Shown here: in pieces, positions 25,560-35,729 of the stretch
How positions within the stretch are numbered: the first letter of the stretch is position 1
Layout: each line of letters begins with the position of its first letter
From: an uncultured Anaerolineaceae bacterium
Lineage (GTDB): Bacteria > Chloroflexota > Anaerolineae > Anaerolineales > Anaerolineaceae
Length of the DNA stretch: 60,698 bases
Assembly: GCA_964430025.1 (NCBI GenBank)
Contig: CAYSFA010000001.1
Coordinates: 1 to 60,698, forward strand
Direction of reading: 5' to 3'
Translations under genes and position numbers: made by a program
The notes under the pieces: generated by a model
Told to the model about the DNA's origin: nothing
Database searches by the model: none
The model's input: the letters and a program-made list of their open reading frames with translations, nothing else

Positions 25560-27647
25560 TTACCGAGAAATTATCGGCAGGTAAGAGACAAAAACCTTTT
25601 CAAATGAGAGTTCATAAATTGCTTCTGTTCCAAAAAGAGCATCATAAAGAGGTTCAATTTTTACAAAATATCTTCCTGGGTTTTCAACTTCAAAAATCAA
25701 TCTCAAGTCCTGACCTGCTCCCACAGCTTGGGAGCTACTGATAATCGAACCTTCATTCTCTAAAAATACGGTTGCTTTTACCGCACTTCCGCCAGTGACT
25801 GACCTGACGTATACCTGATAATTCCCAGGTTCGGTAACTTCTCTCGTGAACCAATCCGGATTTTTGGATGTACATAAATTTCTCTGAGGAAGATCATCAG
25901 GGGAAATTCCATACGCCTGAGCTATGGAATCATCCGGCTCAAACCCATCTGGGTCACAGCCTGTCGGCATGGAAGCAGTTGTTTCAGAAATATCACCTGC
26001 TGGCCAGGCTTCCAACTGATTATTATTATCGATGGCACGTAATCTGAATTCGTAGGTTTCCCCGGCTTGACCCACAAACCAAGCCGAGCGTTGATTTCCT
26101 GAAATTGTAATTTGGTTGTTAACTGACCAATTTCCGGACATCGTTTTCCATTGGAGTTCAAAAGCAGAGATTCCTGCTCCACCTGAATTAGCCTGCCAGG
26201 TTAATTTAATTGCAGTTGAATCAAAACTTTCCGCAGGATTCAAAGAACTTGTAGGTGGAGGGCAAGCATGGTCCACAATAATTTTTCTGGGGGATAAATT
26301 GGAAGCGACATTTCCTTCATGATCCCAAACCCGCAAGGCAACTTCCAATTCCCCATTCAAAGGTGCAACAGTGCATAAGTTGACATCCCAGTCATAATTT
26401 CCACCAGATCCATTGGTAACTTGTGGACCAATCCCAACCCATTGATTATTGATTTTCGCGACTAATTGGACCGCTTTAACCCGAACATCATCATCAGCAT
26501 TCGCCGTGACATCTATGTTTGGGTTGTTTCCAGTTGCGACAATGTCACCAGCTGCAGGTCGGGATAAGCTGCCGGTGGGAGGATATGCCCCTATATTTCC
26601 TGACACGAACCAATCGTTTGCTGGGTTTCTCGGATCAGATTTATTTCCCAAACATTGGGTTGCGTTATCAAAAATCTCAAATTTAGATACCTCGTAACAG
26701 GTACGAGGGATCCCCCCATTAATTAGTACATCTGCAAAGCGAACATCGATCGACCTGCCCCAATAATACCCACTTGCTTCCCACAACGAATCCACAACCA
26801 TAAAATGAACGTGGTTCGAGGTGCTATAACCTGTATCATCTGTATCGCCAAGATACTCACCTCTTTTTACAGTTCTACCTTTGGTTAATTTATCAGGAAT
26901 GGTGCCTTGAGCAAGATGAAGATAGATTTGATAAGTTGACCCATTTGTATCTATCAAAACAATATAATTCGTACAAGATGAATTTCCATTCGTACAACTA
27001 TCTTTTGATGCTTCCACAGTTCCTTCTTTGGATGCCACCAGTGGAAAATGATCTGTGTTTGTAAAATCATAGGCATATCTACACACACTTTCATCACAGG
27101 ATGGGTACCCTAACTCAGGGATATTTTGAAAATGACTAATAGAACCTTCCAACCATTGCTTGGTACCTGCCACATAAGGGAGGTAGTACCCTGTTAGTGC
27201 CAAAGGTTGATTTAATTCATCCAATTTAACATCTTTGGGAACTGATTTCATTTCTGCAGGGAGTAAATTCTCGGGAATTTGCGAATACACAAAGTCCCAA
27301 TCCGAATCACCCATTAAGACAACTTCCCATTCCCCTTTCACCAGTCTTCCGATTGCCAAACCAGGTTCTGAAGCCAATTTTCGCCCATATTCATCCCGTA
27401 AAGCCAACCAAATGACAGCTAAATCACCATCCTCATTTAAATAAACAGAATCAATCTCGGGAGTAAACACATCTATTGATATCGTTGATTTGGTAGTTGA
27501 AATTTGAATCTTCTGGTCAAAAGCAACAGTCAATTCATTGACGATTTTTTCAGACACCGGCTCAGTATCAGGAGGTTCAGTGGCAGCAATCAGAAAAATT
27601 GCTGCTACAGAAAATATAATAAAGAGAAAGAATTTAATGGTTCGCAT
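25560..27647 (-). CDS. secreted M23 (LytM-type) metallopeptidase with fibronectin-III and pre-peptidase C-terminal (PPC) domains
   Basis: Signal/anchor MRTIKFFLFIIFSVAAIFLIAA. M23 motifs RGEYLGDTDDTGYSTSNHVHFMV. FN3-like TAIKLTWQANSGG...TYEFRLRAID. PPC-like DGFEPDDSIAQAYGI...NPDWFTREV. Confidence 0.75.
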   Translation of the reverse strand: MRTIKFFLFIIFSVAAIFLIAATEPPDTEPVSEKIVNELTVAFDQKIQISTTKSTISIDVFTPEIDSVYLNEDGDLAVIWLALRDEYGRKLASEPGLAIGRLVKGEWEVVLMGDSDWDFVYSQIPENLLPAEMKSVPKDVKLDELNQPLALTGYYLPYVAGTKQWLEGSISHFQNIPELGYPSCDESVCRYAYDFTNTDHFPLVASKEGTVEASKDSCTNGNSSCTNYIVLIDTNGSTYQIYLHLAQGTIPDKLTKGRTVKRGEYLGDTDDTGYSTSNHVHFMVVDSLWEASGYYWGRSIDVRFADVLINGGIPRTCYEVSKFEIFDNATQCLGNKSDPRNPANDWFVSGNIGAYPPTGSLSRPAAGDIVATGNNPNIDVTANADDDVRVKAVQLVAKINNQWVGIGPQVTNGSGGNYDWDVNLCTVAPLNGELEVALRVWDHEGNVASNLSPRKIIVDHACPPPTSSLNPAESFDSTAIKLTWQANSGGAGISAFELQWKTMSGNWSVNNQITISGNQRSAWFVGQAGETYEFRLRAIDNNNQLEAWPAGDISETTASMPTGCDPDGFEPDDSIAQAYGISPDDLPQRNLCTSKNPDWFTREVTEPGNYQVYVRSVTGGSAVKATVFLENEGSIISSSQAVGAGQDLRLIFEVENPGRYFVKIEPLYDALFGTEAIYELSFEKVFVSYLPIISR

Positions 27648-27859
27648 AAGTGATGAGCTAACCTCGTTTTGTACAACAAAATTAATCCAATTTATAGGAC
27701 AGAAATTTGACGTTTCAAGTACAAACTTTGTTCCTAAATTTTGATTAATTGACCTAATTTATATCAAATTAGTAAAGAATCAAAATATTTCCTCATTTTA
27801 TTGCAATTACTATGCCAAAAGAGGTTTTTCTGTCTATCCCCCAGGAGAGTATTTAATTT

Positions 27860-28663
27860 TTATTTTTTGTATTGATCATCAAGATGGACTTCGCCACTGG
27901 TGAAAATATCAGCATTGGGATTAAAGTTGGGAAAATCCCGATAATTCCAATCTCCATCATAATTTGGGCATGAAAAGGTCACAGGATGCGGCAAACTACC
28001 ATCCCAACATGTATTTGGTAAAGCCTTATAGAGACGTAGTTCCTTCTCCCAAAGCAGCTTTCCGTCAACAGTTTCCAATTTACCAAGAAAATTTATCTCC
28101 CAATATGGGGGGTCGAGAACAATGTTATGGTTTATGAAGGTATATCCTTTGGAGGGATTTTCTGAATTTTGAACAATTTTTCCAGAATACCAGGGGGTAG
28201 AGCCGTTTAAATCATAGAGGTTAAATGTCACCTCTTCATTTAAAGATTGATTAAATTCTACTTCCACTATAACAGCGCTTGCTGGCACCCGAACATTCAT
28301 TTCATTTTCTTCAATGAATCCATCGTATGTGGTGGAATAGTTATCCTTTGAAATGCCTGTCTCGGAAATCATAACGAAGACATCATTTGGGACTGACCAA
28401 ATTGAAAGATTCTCGTCAACCAAAGCTAACTCAGGTAACGGTGTTGAAGAATGGGTAAAAGTTGGTTCTACTGTGGCGGTTGGGCTAGGCTGCGATGTTG
28501 CTGTAAATGTTGGTGTTAAGGTAGGAATAATTACTTCCGTGGCAGTCATTGTGCTTTCAATTTCAGCGATTGGGGCTGTCGAAGGCTGACAGGAACTGAA
28601 TATTAATAGGGATAAAAAAGAAAAAAAGAAGATGACCTTTGAATAATTAATAGAAAATTTCAT
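27860..28663 (-). CDS. hypothetical lipoprotein
   Basis: Lipobox LLIFSSC after a hydrophobic leader, followed by a Thr/Pro-rich linker. No family recognised. Confidence 0.5.
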   Translation of the reverse strand: MKFSINYSKVIFFFSFLSLLIFSSCQPSTAPIAEIESTMTATEVIIPTLTPTFTATSQPSPTATVEPTFTHSSTPLPELALVDENLSIWSVPNDVFVMISETGISKDNYSTTYDGFIEENEMNVRVPASAVIVEVEFNQSLNEEVTFNLYDLNGSTPWYSGKIVQNSENPSKGYTFINHNIVLDPPYWEINFLGKLETVDGKLLWEKELRLYKALPNTCWDGSLPHPVTFSCPNYDGDWNYRDFPNFNPNADIFTSGEVHLDDQYKK

Positions 28664-28874
28664 GCTGATTCCTGAAAATAGATATGAATTTAATTCGGAC
28701 TAATTTTACCACTGGAATACTAATTTCTTACTCCTTTTATCATCAAATACACCTCCTAAGGATAGGAATAACTTAGCCCTCTGACCGGTGGTAATTAATG
28801 GATAAAAGATATGATTTAAGGAGAAAAATTTTACATCCATATTTGATTCGTTGCAGTAAACTTACTTGATTTTT

Positions 28875-30137
28875 ATGAAACATCTAAAGACTTCTTTACT
28901 GAATATTAATCTTCGTTGGTTCCTTTTTGGAATGATTCTGGCAAATATTGCCGGACAAATGGCTTATAGTATGTTATCTCTGTATCTCATTGATTTGGGA
29001 GCCAGTGTTGGCCAGGTTGGCCTGGTCTACACATTGGCATCCCTGGTCCCGATCGCTTTACAAATTTTCGGTGGTTGGTTCTCGGATACGGTCGGTCGAT
29101 TGAGAGCAATTGCTTTTGGAAGTGGAATTGCAGTATTTGGTTATGTATTGTTTTTCATCGCCCCATCCTGGGAATGGGTCCTGATTGGATTGTGTGTTGA
29201 ATTCGTATCAAATTCATTTGTCGGACCAAGCTTCAACGCTTATATCACAGAACAATCCAAGGAAGAGACCAGGGGTCGTGTTTTTGGAATTACCAATGGG
29301 ATCTACATGGTTGTCACAGTAATTGGACCAGCCTTAGCTGGGATCATTGCATATCGAATGAATTTCCGTTATATGATGACCATTGCGTTCATCTTTTATT
29401 TGCTTGCAACCATTGTGCGGATCTGGATGGCATTATCTGAGAGGTTTAAGCCAACGAAAACACCACAGAAACCAACCTGGAATGGTTTGACAACTCAATT
29501 TAAATCTATTGCTGCACTTCTGGTTTCAGGTGGAATACTCACCTGGATATGGATAAGTGATGCAATCACAGATTCCTCCTATATGTTAACCGGGGAATTG
29601 TTCCCAATTTATCTGTCTGATATTGGACTATTAAGTGTTGAACAAATAGGTCTTCTTGGATCTGCCTGGGGTATCGCTAGTATTGTAGGATCTTTTCTTA
29701 GTGGATGGCTGGTTGATAAAAAATCCGAAAAGTTGATTCTTACGGCAGGATTCATATTGTTGACAGGTGGAATGGTTGCCATGGTAATGGCGGACTCAAT
29801 TTTAGCCTTCTTAGGGTCGAGAGTCTTACATGGCTTAGGAATAGGCATAATAATACCTGCTTACGACTCACTCATTTCCAAGGTGGTTCCGGAAGATAAA
29901 CTTGGACTCGCGTTTGGTTTCTTTGGCACCTCTTTGGGCATCCTCTCCTTACCCATGCCCTGGATTGGAGCTCAGCTATGGGAAAGAATTTCGTCTCAGA
30001 CGCCATTCTGGGTCACGGCAATCCTATGCGCCTTAGCGATTCCGGTCGCTTGGTTGAAATTTGTTTTACCGAAGAAAAAGGAACAACTTGACACAGCGAT
30101 TGAACCAGATGCGATGACAACTACTATTGATATTTAA
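28875..30137 (+). CDS. MFS transporter
   Basis: About 12 hydrophobic segments and an MFS motif-A-like GGWFSDTVGRLRAI. ATG at 28875 (track TTG at 28866). Confidence 0.8.
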   Translation: MKHLKTSLLNINLRWFLFGMILANIAGQMAYSMLSLYLIDLGASVGQVGLVYTLASLVPIALQIFGGWFSDTVGRLRAIAFGSGIAVFGYVLFFIAPSWEWVLIGLCVEFVSNSFVGPSFNAYITEQSKEETRGRVFGITNGIYMVVTVIGPALAGIIAYRMNFRYMMTIAFIFYLLATIVRIWMALSERFKPTKTPQKPTWNGLTTQFKSIAALLVSGGILTWIWISDAITDSSYMLTGELFPIYLSDIGLLSVEQIGLLGSAWGIASIVGSFLSGWLVDKKSEKLILTAGFILLTGGMVAMVMADSILAFLGSRVLHGLGIGIIIPAYDSLISKVVPEDKLGLAFGFFGTSLGILSLPMPWIGAQLWERISSQTPFWVTAILCALAIPVAWLKFVLPKKKEQLDTAIEPDAMTTTIDI

Positions 30138-30140
30138 AAA

Positions 30141-30165
30141 AACAACCCCGTTCACCGGGGTTGTT
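30141..30165. terminator. bidirectional intrinsic terminator between convergent genes
   Basis: aacaaccccg (30141-30150) / loop ttcac / cggggttgtt (30156-30165), a 10-bp GC-rich stem. It is flanked by an A-run upstream and ttttc downstream. Confidence 0.8.
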
Positions 30166-30189
30166 TTCATCTAAATCAAAAACTGGATT

Positions 30190-31629
30190 TTATTGAACTT
30201 CTTCAACCAAATCATTAGCTGTTTCTGTTAAGGTTGCCAAAATTGCTTCAACCTGTGCCTGATCGGTTGCATTCCATAGTTCAGCAGATGCATCGTCGAT
30301 TGCACGACGTACTGATGACCATGCGGGGAATGTTTGTGGTTCAGAGGGACCAATAGCAGCCAATTGCACACCAGAAGCCCATACTGGATTCTCTTCTCCA
30401 TAATCTGCTAACAAAGCTTCGGTTGAAGACTGGGTACCATAGTAACCACTAATCTGAACCCAACGAGCTTGAATCTCAGGTGAAGTTAACCACTTCACAA
30501 ACAGCCAGGAAGCCATTTCTTGATCAGCTGTGCTTGGTACAACACCTAACATTTGTTGGAAAGCATTGACAGCTAAGGTGCCATCTGGGCCAGCAGCTGC
30601 TAACCAACCCCAAACATCAGTTGTGTTACCAGCATCTTCAAATGCTGCGGCATAGTATGGTGCACCAGCCGTTGAACTCATGGTGATAATTGCTTTGCGT
30701 AATGCCTGTTCTGGATTTGGATAACTTTCGGTCTGCCATGCGCAGCCTTCATTCTTCAGATCCAAAATGAACATGGAAGTATCAATTGCTTCCTGAGTGT
30801 TGAAATCATAAGCAGTTCCGTCTTCATTAAGTTCGTTACCACCAAAAGCATATAGGAAGTGTAACCAGTTGGTTGCACTTGGATAGTAAACGATACCACC
30901 GGTTCCAGCGAAATCTCCACCTTTGGTGGCATTATCTTCAGCTGCTGCACAAACAAGTGCTTTGAGTTCTTCTGTATTGGCTGGTGGATTTGCGAAACCA
31001 AGTTCTTCACCCCAGGTGAAGTTGTAAACCAACACATTGGCTGATTGGGTCATTGGATAAGCTACCCATGCACCATCGGGGGTTGAACCAGCAGCTTTTA
31101 AGTGAGGATAAAGGTCTGCCAATTGATCAGCAGTCAATCCATATTCAGCATCATTGATATAAGGGTTTAAATCAACGATAGAATCAACGGAATACCAGTC
31201 CGCAAGGGAATTGGTATAAGCCATCACTACATCCGGTAAATCACCAGATTGAATACCAGCATTGAATTTGTCTTCAACATCACCGTAATTTCCTTGGTTC
31301 AAAGCTTCTACAGTAATACCATATTCGTTGGTGGCATTAAATTCATCAACCAATGTTTGCAAACCCTCGCCTGGTGCGTCTGAATAGACATGCCAGAATT
31401 GGACAACGGTGCCAGCTAAAGGTTGTTCATCCATAGGTTCTTCTACCGGTTCCTCAACTGGTTCTTCTACTGGTTCTTCCACAGGTTCGGCGGGTTCTTC
31501 TACTGGTTCTTCCACTGGTTCTACAGGGGCAGCAGGTGCTTCGGTTGGAGTTGGTGTACAAGCAGCCAAAACCAAGGAAAACACCATCAAAATTGACAAT
31601 AATAAACTTATTTTTTTCATCTTTTTCAT
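30190..31629 (-). CDS. ABC transporter substrate-binding lipoprotein (carbohydrate family)
   Basis: Lipobox VLAAC, acidic (PVEE)n linker, then a family-1 SBP-like body. It is the last gene of a permease-permease-SBP operon. Confidence 0.8.
   Translation of the reverse strand: MKKMKKISLLLSILMVFSLVLAACTPTPTEAPAAPVEPVEEPVEEPAEPVEEPVEEPVEEPVEEPMDEQPLAGTVVQFWHVYSDAPGEGLQTLVDEFNATNEYGITVEALNQGNYGDVEDKFNAGIQSGDLPDVVMAYTNSLADWYSVDSIVDLNPYINDAEYGLTADQLADLYPHLKAAGSTPDGAWVAYPMTQSANVLVYNFTWGEELGFANPPANTEELKALVCAAAEDNATKGGDFAGTGGIVYYPSATNWLHFLYAFGGNELNEDGTAYDFNTQEAIDTSMFILDLKNEGCAWQTESYPNPEQALRKAIITMSSTAGAPYYAAAFEDAGNTTDVWGWLAAAGPDGTLAVNAFQQMLGVVPSTADQEMASWLFVKWLTSPEIQARWVQISGYYGTQSSTEALLADYGEENPVWASGVQLAAIGPSEPQTFPAWSSVRRAIDDASAELWNATDQAQVEAILATLTETANDLVEEVQ
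31435..31527 (-). repeat. coding microrepeat (E-P-V-E)n linker in the SBP lipoprotein
   Basis: Protein reads PVEPVEEPVEEPAEPVEEPVEEPVEEPVEEP. The plus-strand DNA shows repeated ggttcttc(t/c)ac(t/c/a)gg units. Confidence 0.8.
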
Positions 31630-31707
31630 CTCCTCAATATTTGATTCTGATTTTTACGATTCGCAAATAAAATCTTTATCGGTTCACCTCCATTAGATTC
31701 TATAAAC

Positions 31708-32574
31708 TTATCCTTTCAGTCCTGATCGTGCAATGCTTTCAGTAAATTGTCTCTGCGTGAAAAAATAAATGATCAGGATTGGAATAATGGTGATAAAAGC
31801 ACCAGCCATAGTCAAGTGAATTTCTTGACCAGCTTCATTGACAAAATTCATCAGACCTACAGAAATAGGTCTCCAATCTGGTGTATTGGTAACCAGCATC
31901 GGCCAAGCTAATGAGTTCCATGTCCCAATAAATGAGAGTACCAGGATAACCATTAATGGTGCTTTGGATAATGGCATTACAACCTGAACCAGGAAACGAA
32001 GATGCCCTGCTCCATCCATTTGGGCTGCATCAAATAATTCATCCGGTACCTGTGCAAAAAATTGCCTCAATAAAAATATGGAGAAGATTGATCCCATAAA
32101 GGGAATGGTTAAAGCAGGCCAGTTATTAATCCATGGGATAGGTCCAATACGGCCTAACCAGGTAACGGTAAGAAAATTCGGGATAATGAATACCATGGCT
32201 GGTATCATCATGGTACTCAATAGAATAGTGAAAATCAAGTTACGACCCGGAAAATTCATTTTAGCAAATGCGTAAGCAGCTAAGATACTAAAGGTGAGTT
32301 CGCCAGCGAGTGTTATCAAGGTAATGAGAATACTGTTGATAAAGTACTCGGAGAATTGAGCTCGCTTCCAGGCTTCTACGTAGTTCTCAAAATGCAAGGA
32401 AGATGGGAAAAACGCAGTACCTAACGCTTCTCCTAAACTCTTAAATGAGGTTGAAATCATCCAGATAAACGGGATAAGCGATAGAAAAGCACCAAGAAAG
32501 AGAATTGTATATGTCAGAATCTTTCTCTGTGTTGATATCGAGAATCGGCTAATTTTCTTTGTCTTTTTATCCAT
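31708..32574 (-). CDS. carbohydrate ABC transporter permease (MalG-like)
   Basis: EAA-loop motif [27 protein letters not shown]; 6 TM pattern. Confidence 0.85.
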   Translation of the reverse strand: MDKKTKKISRFSISTQRKILTYTILFLGAFLSLIPFIWMISTSFKSLGEALGTAFFPSSLHFENYVEAWKRAQFSEYFINSILITLITLAGELTFSILAAYAFAKMNFPGRNLIFTILLSTMMIPAMVFIIPNFLTVTWLGRIGPIPWINNWPALTIPFMGSIFSIFLLRQFFAQVPDELFDAAQMDGAGHLRFLVQVVMPLSKAPLMVILVLSFIGTWNSLAWPMLVTNTPDWRPISVGLMNFVNEAGQEIHLTMAGAFITIIPILIIYFFTQRQFTESIARSGLKG

Positions 32575-34237
32575 AAAACACTCGTGAACCTTGTATTTTA
32601 TTGTTAATAAGCGTTAAGGCCAAAATAATTGCAAAAAGAACAAATGCCATGGCAGAAGCGTATCCATAACGCAACTTCTCAAAAAACTCAATAAATATGG
32701 CCACACTGAATGTATCAGTCGTACCTAAAGCAATGCTTTCACGGAAAATCCAGATTGTGTTAAACGCTTTGAAAGTTCCAATGATTGAAATTAATGATAG
32801 GAAATATGTGGTAGGAGATAATAAGGGGAAGGTAATATGTCTGAAAACATCCCATTTACTGGCCCCATCCACTTCGGCTGCATCAATTAATTCGGTTGGT
32901 ATATTTCCTAAACCTGCCAGATAAATAACCGTGTCATACCCCACAAATGTCCAAATGGAGTGAACGATAATCACCATCAGCGCTAAGCTTGGGCCAGCTG
33001 CCCACAAAGGAACATTTATTCCAAGATTCTCACCTAACAAAGTAAAGATACCTTTTGCCTCAAATAACCATTGTAAAGGTTCCATCCCTAAACCTTGCAG
33101 GAACATATTTACAGGAGCAGAATGACGGTTTGAAAACATCTGTTTAAAGACAGCGGCACTAGCGATTGCTGGGGTTACATAAGGGATGAAATAAATGATT
33201 CTGAAGGCGTTTGTCCCTACCAATTTTTGGAATAGCAAAATGGATAAAAACAAAGAAATGGCTAATTGAAATGGAACGGTACCAACTGCAAAGAATAGAG
33301 TAACCTTAAGACCTTTCCATAAATCTTTGTCCCCGGAAGCAACAATCGTTGGTATCTCGCCTATCAGTAGCCAACCACCAACCAGCAAAGCCATTGTGGC
33401 AAGAATGTGTAACCAAAAACTAAGTTGGTTCTTTGCTTGTTCCGATCTTTTCCAAATTAACCAACCAAGGATCAACAATAAGATTCCACTGCTAATCGTG
33501 ATAAATTGTGGCCATATACCCGGATCGACATCCTTAAGAAATGCAACTTCGTATGCAAGTGCAATTTGTTGTTGAGTATAGTAAAGTAGACCAACACCGA
33601 TACCCAACGCGACAAAAATAAGACTGAAATAAGCCTGGTATTCGAAATTTCTTGGATTTCTCCAAAAATACATCACCAAAGCACTAGCGATCAAACCAAT
33701 TAGCAAAATAATAAGAAACAATCGCCAGGCAGGCAATACAGTCTCGGCCTTTAAAGATTCTCCTAATAAACGTAAGAAAACGGCTTGTGTCCTTTCCAAG
33801 CCTCGAAGTTTATCTGCTATTCCAAGAACCTCTGGTAAAGCGTTATATACCCAATTTAGAAAAGAAAAAGCAATACCGGCGTTTACTATACCAGGCAGGA
33901 TACAAAGCCAAGGTTTTTCCTGGTGATCCTCTGCAGATTGCCTTATCTTTTTGATTAGGAAATAAATACTTAATAACGCACCTAACCCTAAGAAGAAAAC
34001 GACTACATACGCCAAATTTCCAACCGCATCTGTGTAGTTTTCCAATCCAATGATATCTCCACGTTTGATTCTCCATTTATGTAAACTAACATATAATGCG
34101 AAACCCACTGGAAAAATACCAAACATAAAAATTAGAATTACAGCTGGGGCGATGAATGTGTAAGCTGTAAGGTACTCTCTTAACTTTCTTCCTCTGCGAC
34201 CTTTGAACATATTTTGAAGGAAATTCTGATTTTTCAT
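32567..34237 (-). CDS. carbohydrate ABC transporter permease (MalF-like, extended N-terminal region)
   Basis: EAA-loop motif [25 protein letters not shown]. 556 aa with extra N-terminal TM helices. Overlaps the next permease by 8 nt. Confidence 0.85.
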   Translation of the reverse strand: MKNQNFLQNMFKGRRGRKLREYLTAYTFIAPAVILIFMFGIFPVGFALYVSLHKWRIKRGDIIGLENYTDAVGNLAYVVVFFLGLGALLSIYFLIKKIRQSAEDHQEKPWLCILPGIVNAGIAFSFLNWVYNALPEVLGIADKLRGLERTQAVFLRLLGESLKAETVLPAWRLFLIILLIGLIASALVMYFWRNPRNFEYQAYFSLIFVALGIGVGLLYYTQQQIALAYEVAFLKDVDPGIWPQFITISSGILLLILGWLIWKRSEQAKNQLSFWLHILATMALLVGGWLLIGEIPTIVASGDKDLWKGLKVTLFFAVGTVPFQLAISLFLSILLFQKLVGTNAFRIIYFIPYVTPAIASAAVFKQMFSNRHSAPVNMFLQGLGMEPLQWLFEAKGIFTLLGENLGINVPLWAAGPSLALMVIIVHSIWTFVGYDTVIYLAGLGNIPTELIDAAEVDGASKWDVFRHITFPLLSPTTYFLSLISIIGTFKAFNTIWIFRESIALGTTDTFSVAIFIEFFEKLRYGYASAMAFVLFAIILALTLINNKIQGSRVFYG

Positions 34238-34433
34238 CTTGATTCCCTATGAGAACATTTAAAAAGGATTAATTAGTAAGTCACTGAAAATTTTTGCAAA
34301 TATAATTATACAAGACAATTATGGATTCAATCTTCAATAATCGAAACCTTATTCCCCAAATCTCGAGATATTTGTCATTAGATTTCTGGAAAAATTGATA
34401 TGCTTTCAATTCAAACCATAAAAAGGATTTCAT

Positions 34434-35720
34434 ATGATTAATTATTTAAACACAGAAAGTCTGGAAAAAATTCGAAAGAACCGCCTACCAGAGTTGGATC
34501 TCCCACAAGAGTATGTATTACCATTTTATTCGGGGCGATCCATTTTGAATATTCCAGCTTCGATTTGTAAGGCGTTCAATTTACCTGCTTACCATACTGA
34601 GACACTCGAAAAGGATGTTTTCCCAATGGTTGATGAAAATATCCAAAGAATTATCATCATCCTTATGGATGGATTGGCATTGAATCGTTTTTCCAATTGG
34701 TTGGAAAATGGGAGAATCCCTGTCTGGAACCAATTGCTCAAATCCGGAACAATAGCGCCAATTACATCCATTTCGCCTAGTACCACATCAGCAGCCATGA
34801 CCACCCTTTGGACCGGTTCTTCCGCTGCAGAACATGGGGTAATGGGATATGAAGTCTGGCTCAAACAATATGGTATTGTCTCTAATATGATCTCACAATC
34901 TCCGATGAGTTTTAAATCTGGCCATTCTAACTTATCCCAGGCAGGTTTTGACGCGGAAACTGTTCTGACAGTGCCGAAATTGGGTGATTATCTGACCAGA
35001 AATGGGGTTTCAACTTACTCCTTCCAACACTACTCCATTGCTAATTCTGGGTTATCGCGTACTTTCATGAATGATATCAATATCTATCCATATTCCAACG
35101 AAGCCGAATGTTGGGTAAATTTGCGAGAATTAATTGAATCTAAACTTCACGAAAAATTGTATCTCTGGACGTATTGGAGTGCCTTGGATCACCTGGGTCA
35201 TCTATACGGACCTGACGATGAACGGGTCGAAGTTTATTTCGAAAATTTCAGCAGAAACCTAGAAGACAATTTACTAAATCGATTAACCAAAGAACAGCGG
35301 AATGGGACTTTATTGATTTTCACTTCTGATCATGGACAGGTAACCACACAAAAAGACCCAATCTATAGTTTGTCAAACCACCCAGAATTCATCAATTGTT
35401 TACACATCAAACCCACCGGGGAAAGCCGCTTTACATACCTGCATGTAAAACCTGGTTACGAAAGCACATTACGTGAGTACATTGAAAAGACCTGGCCTAA
35501 TAAGTACGTTGTTCTGGAATCAGCAAAAATTCTAAACTCCGGTTTATTAGGCAACGGGACACCTCATCCGGATATTCACAATCGCATTGGTGACCTTATT
35601 ATGCTCGCAAAGGATAATAATTATCTTTGGTGGTCTGATGAGAAAAACCCATTAATCGGACGACATGGCGGTTTAACTGAGATGGATATGGTTGTCCCAT
35701 TCGTTTCTGTCTTACTGTAA
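34434..35720 (+). CDS. alkaline-phosphatase-superfamily protein (type I phosphodiesterase / nucleotide pyrophosphatase-like)
   Basis: Motifs WSALDHLGHLYGP and LLIFTSDHGQ are typical of the AP/NPP clan. No obvious signal peptide. Confidence 0.65.
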   Translation: MINYLNTESLEKIRKNRLPELDLPQEYVLPFYSGRSILNIPASICKAFNLPAYHTETLEKDVFPMVDENIQRIIIILMDGLALNRFSNWLENGRIPVWNQLLKSGTIAPITSISPSTTSAAMTTLWTGSSAAEHGVMGYEVWLKQYGIVSNMISQSPMSFKSGHSNLSQAGFDAETVLTVPKLGDYLTRNGVSTYSFQHYSIANSGLSRTFMNDINIYPYSNEAECWVNLRELIESKLHEKLYLWTYWSALDHLGHLYGPDDERVEVYFENFSRNLEDNLLNRLTKEQRNGTLLIFTSDHGQVTTQKDPIYSLSNHPEFINCLHIKPTGESRFTYLHVKPGYESTLREYIEKTWPNKYVVLESAKILNSGLLGNGTPHPDIHNRIGDLIMLAKDNNYLWWSDEKNPLIGRHGGLTEMDMVVPFVSVLL

Positions 35721-35729
35721 AGAAGGATT

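Noticed and set aside
31435-31527. Short tandem DNA repeat (ggttcttcNacNgg units) near the 5' end of the SBP gene, considered as a regulatory or phase-variation repeat.
   Set aside because: It encodes the acidic (EPVE)n linker that follows the lipobox Cys, a common lipoprotein tether. Units are multiples of 3 nt, so frame is preserved.
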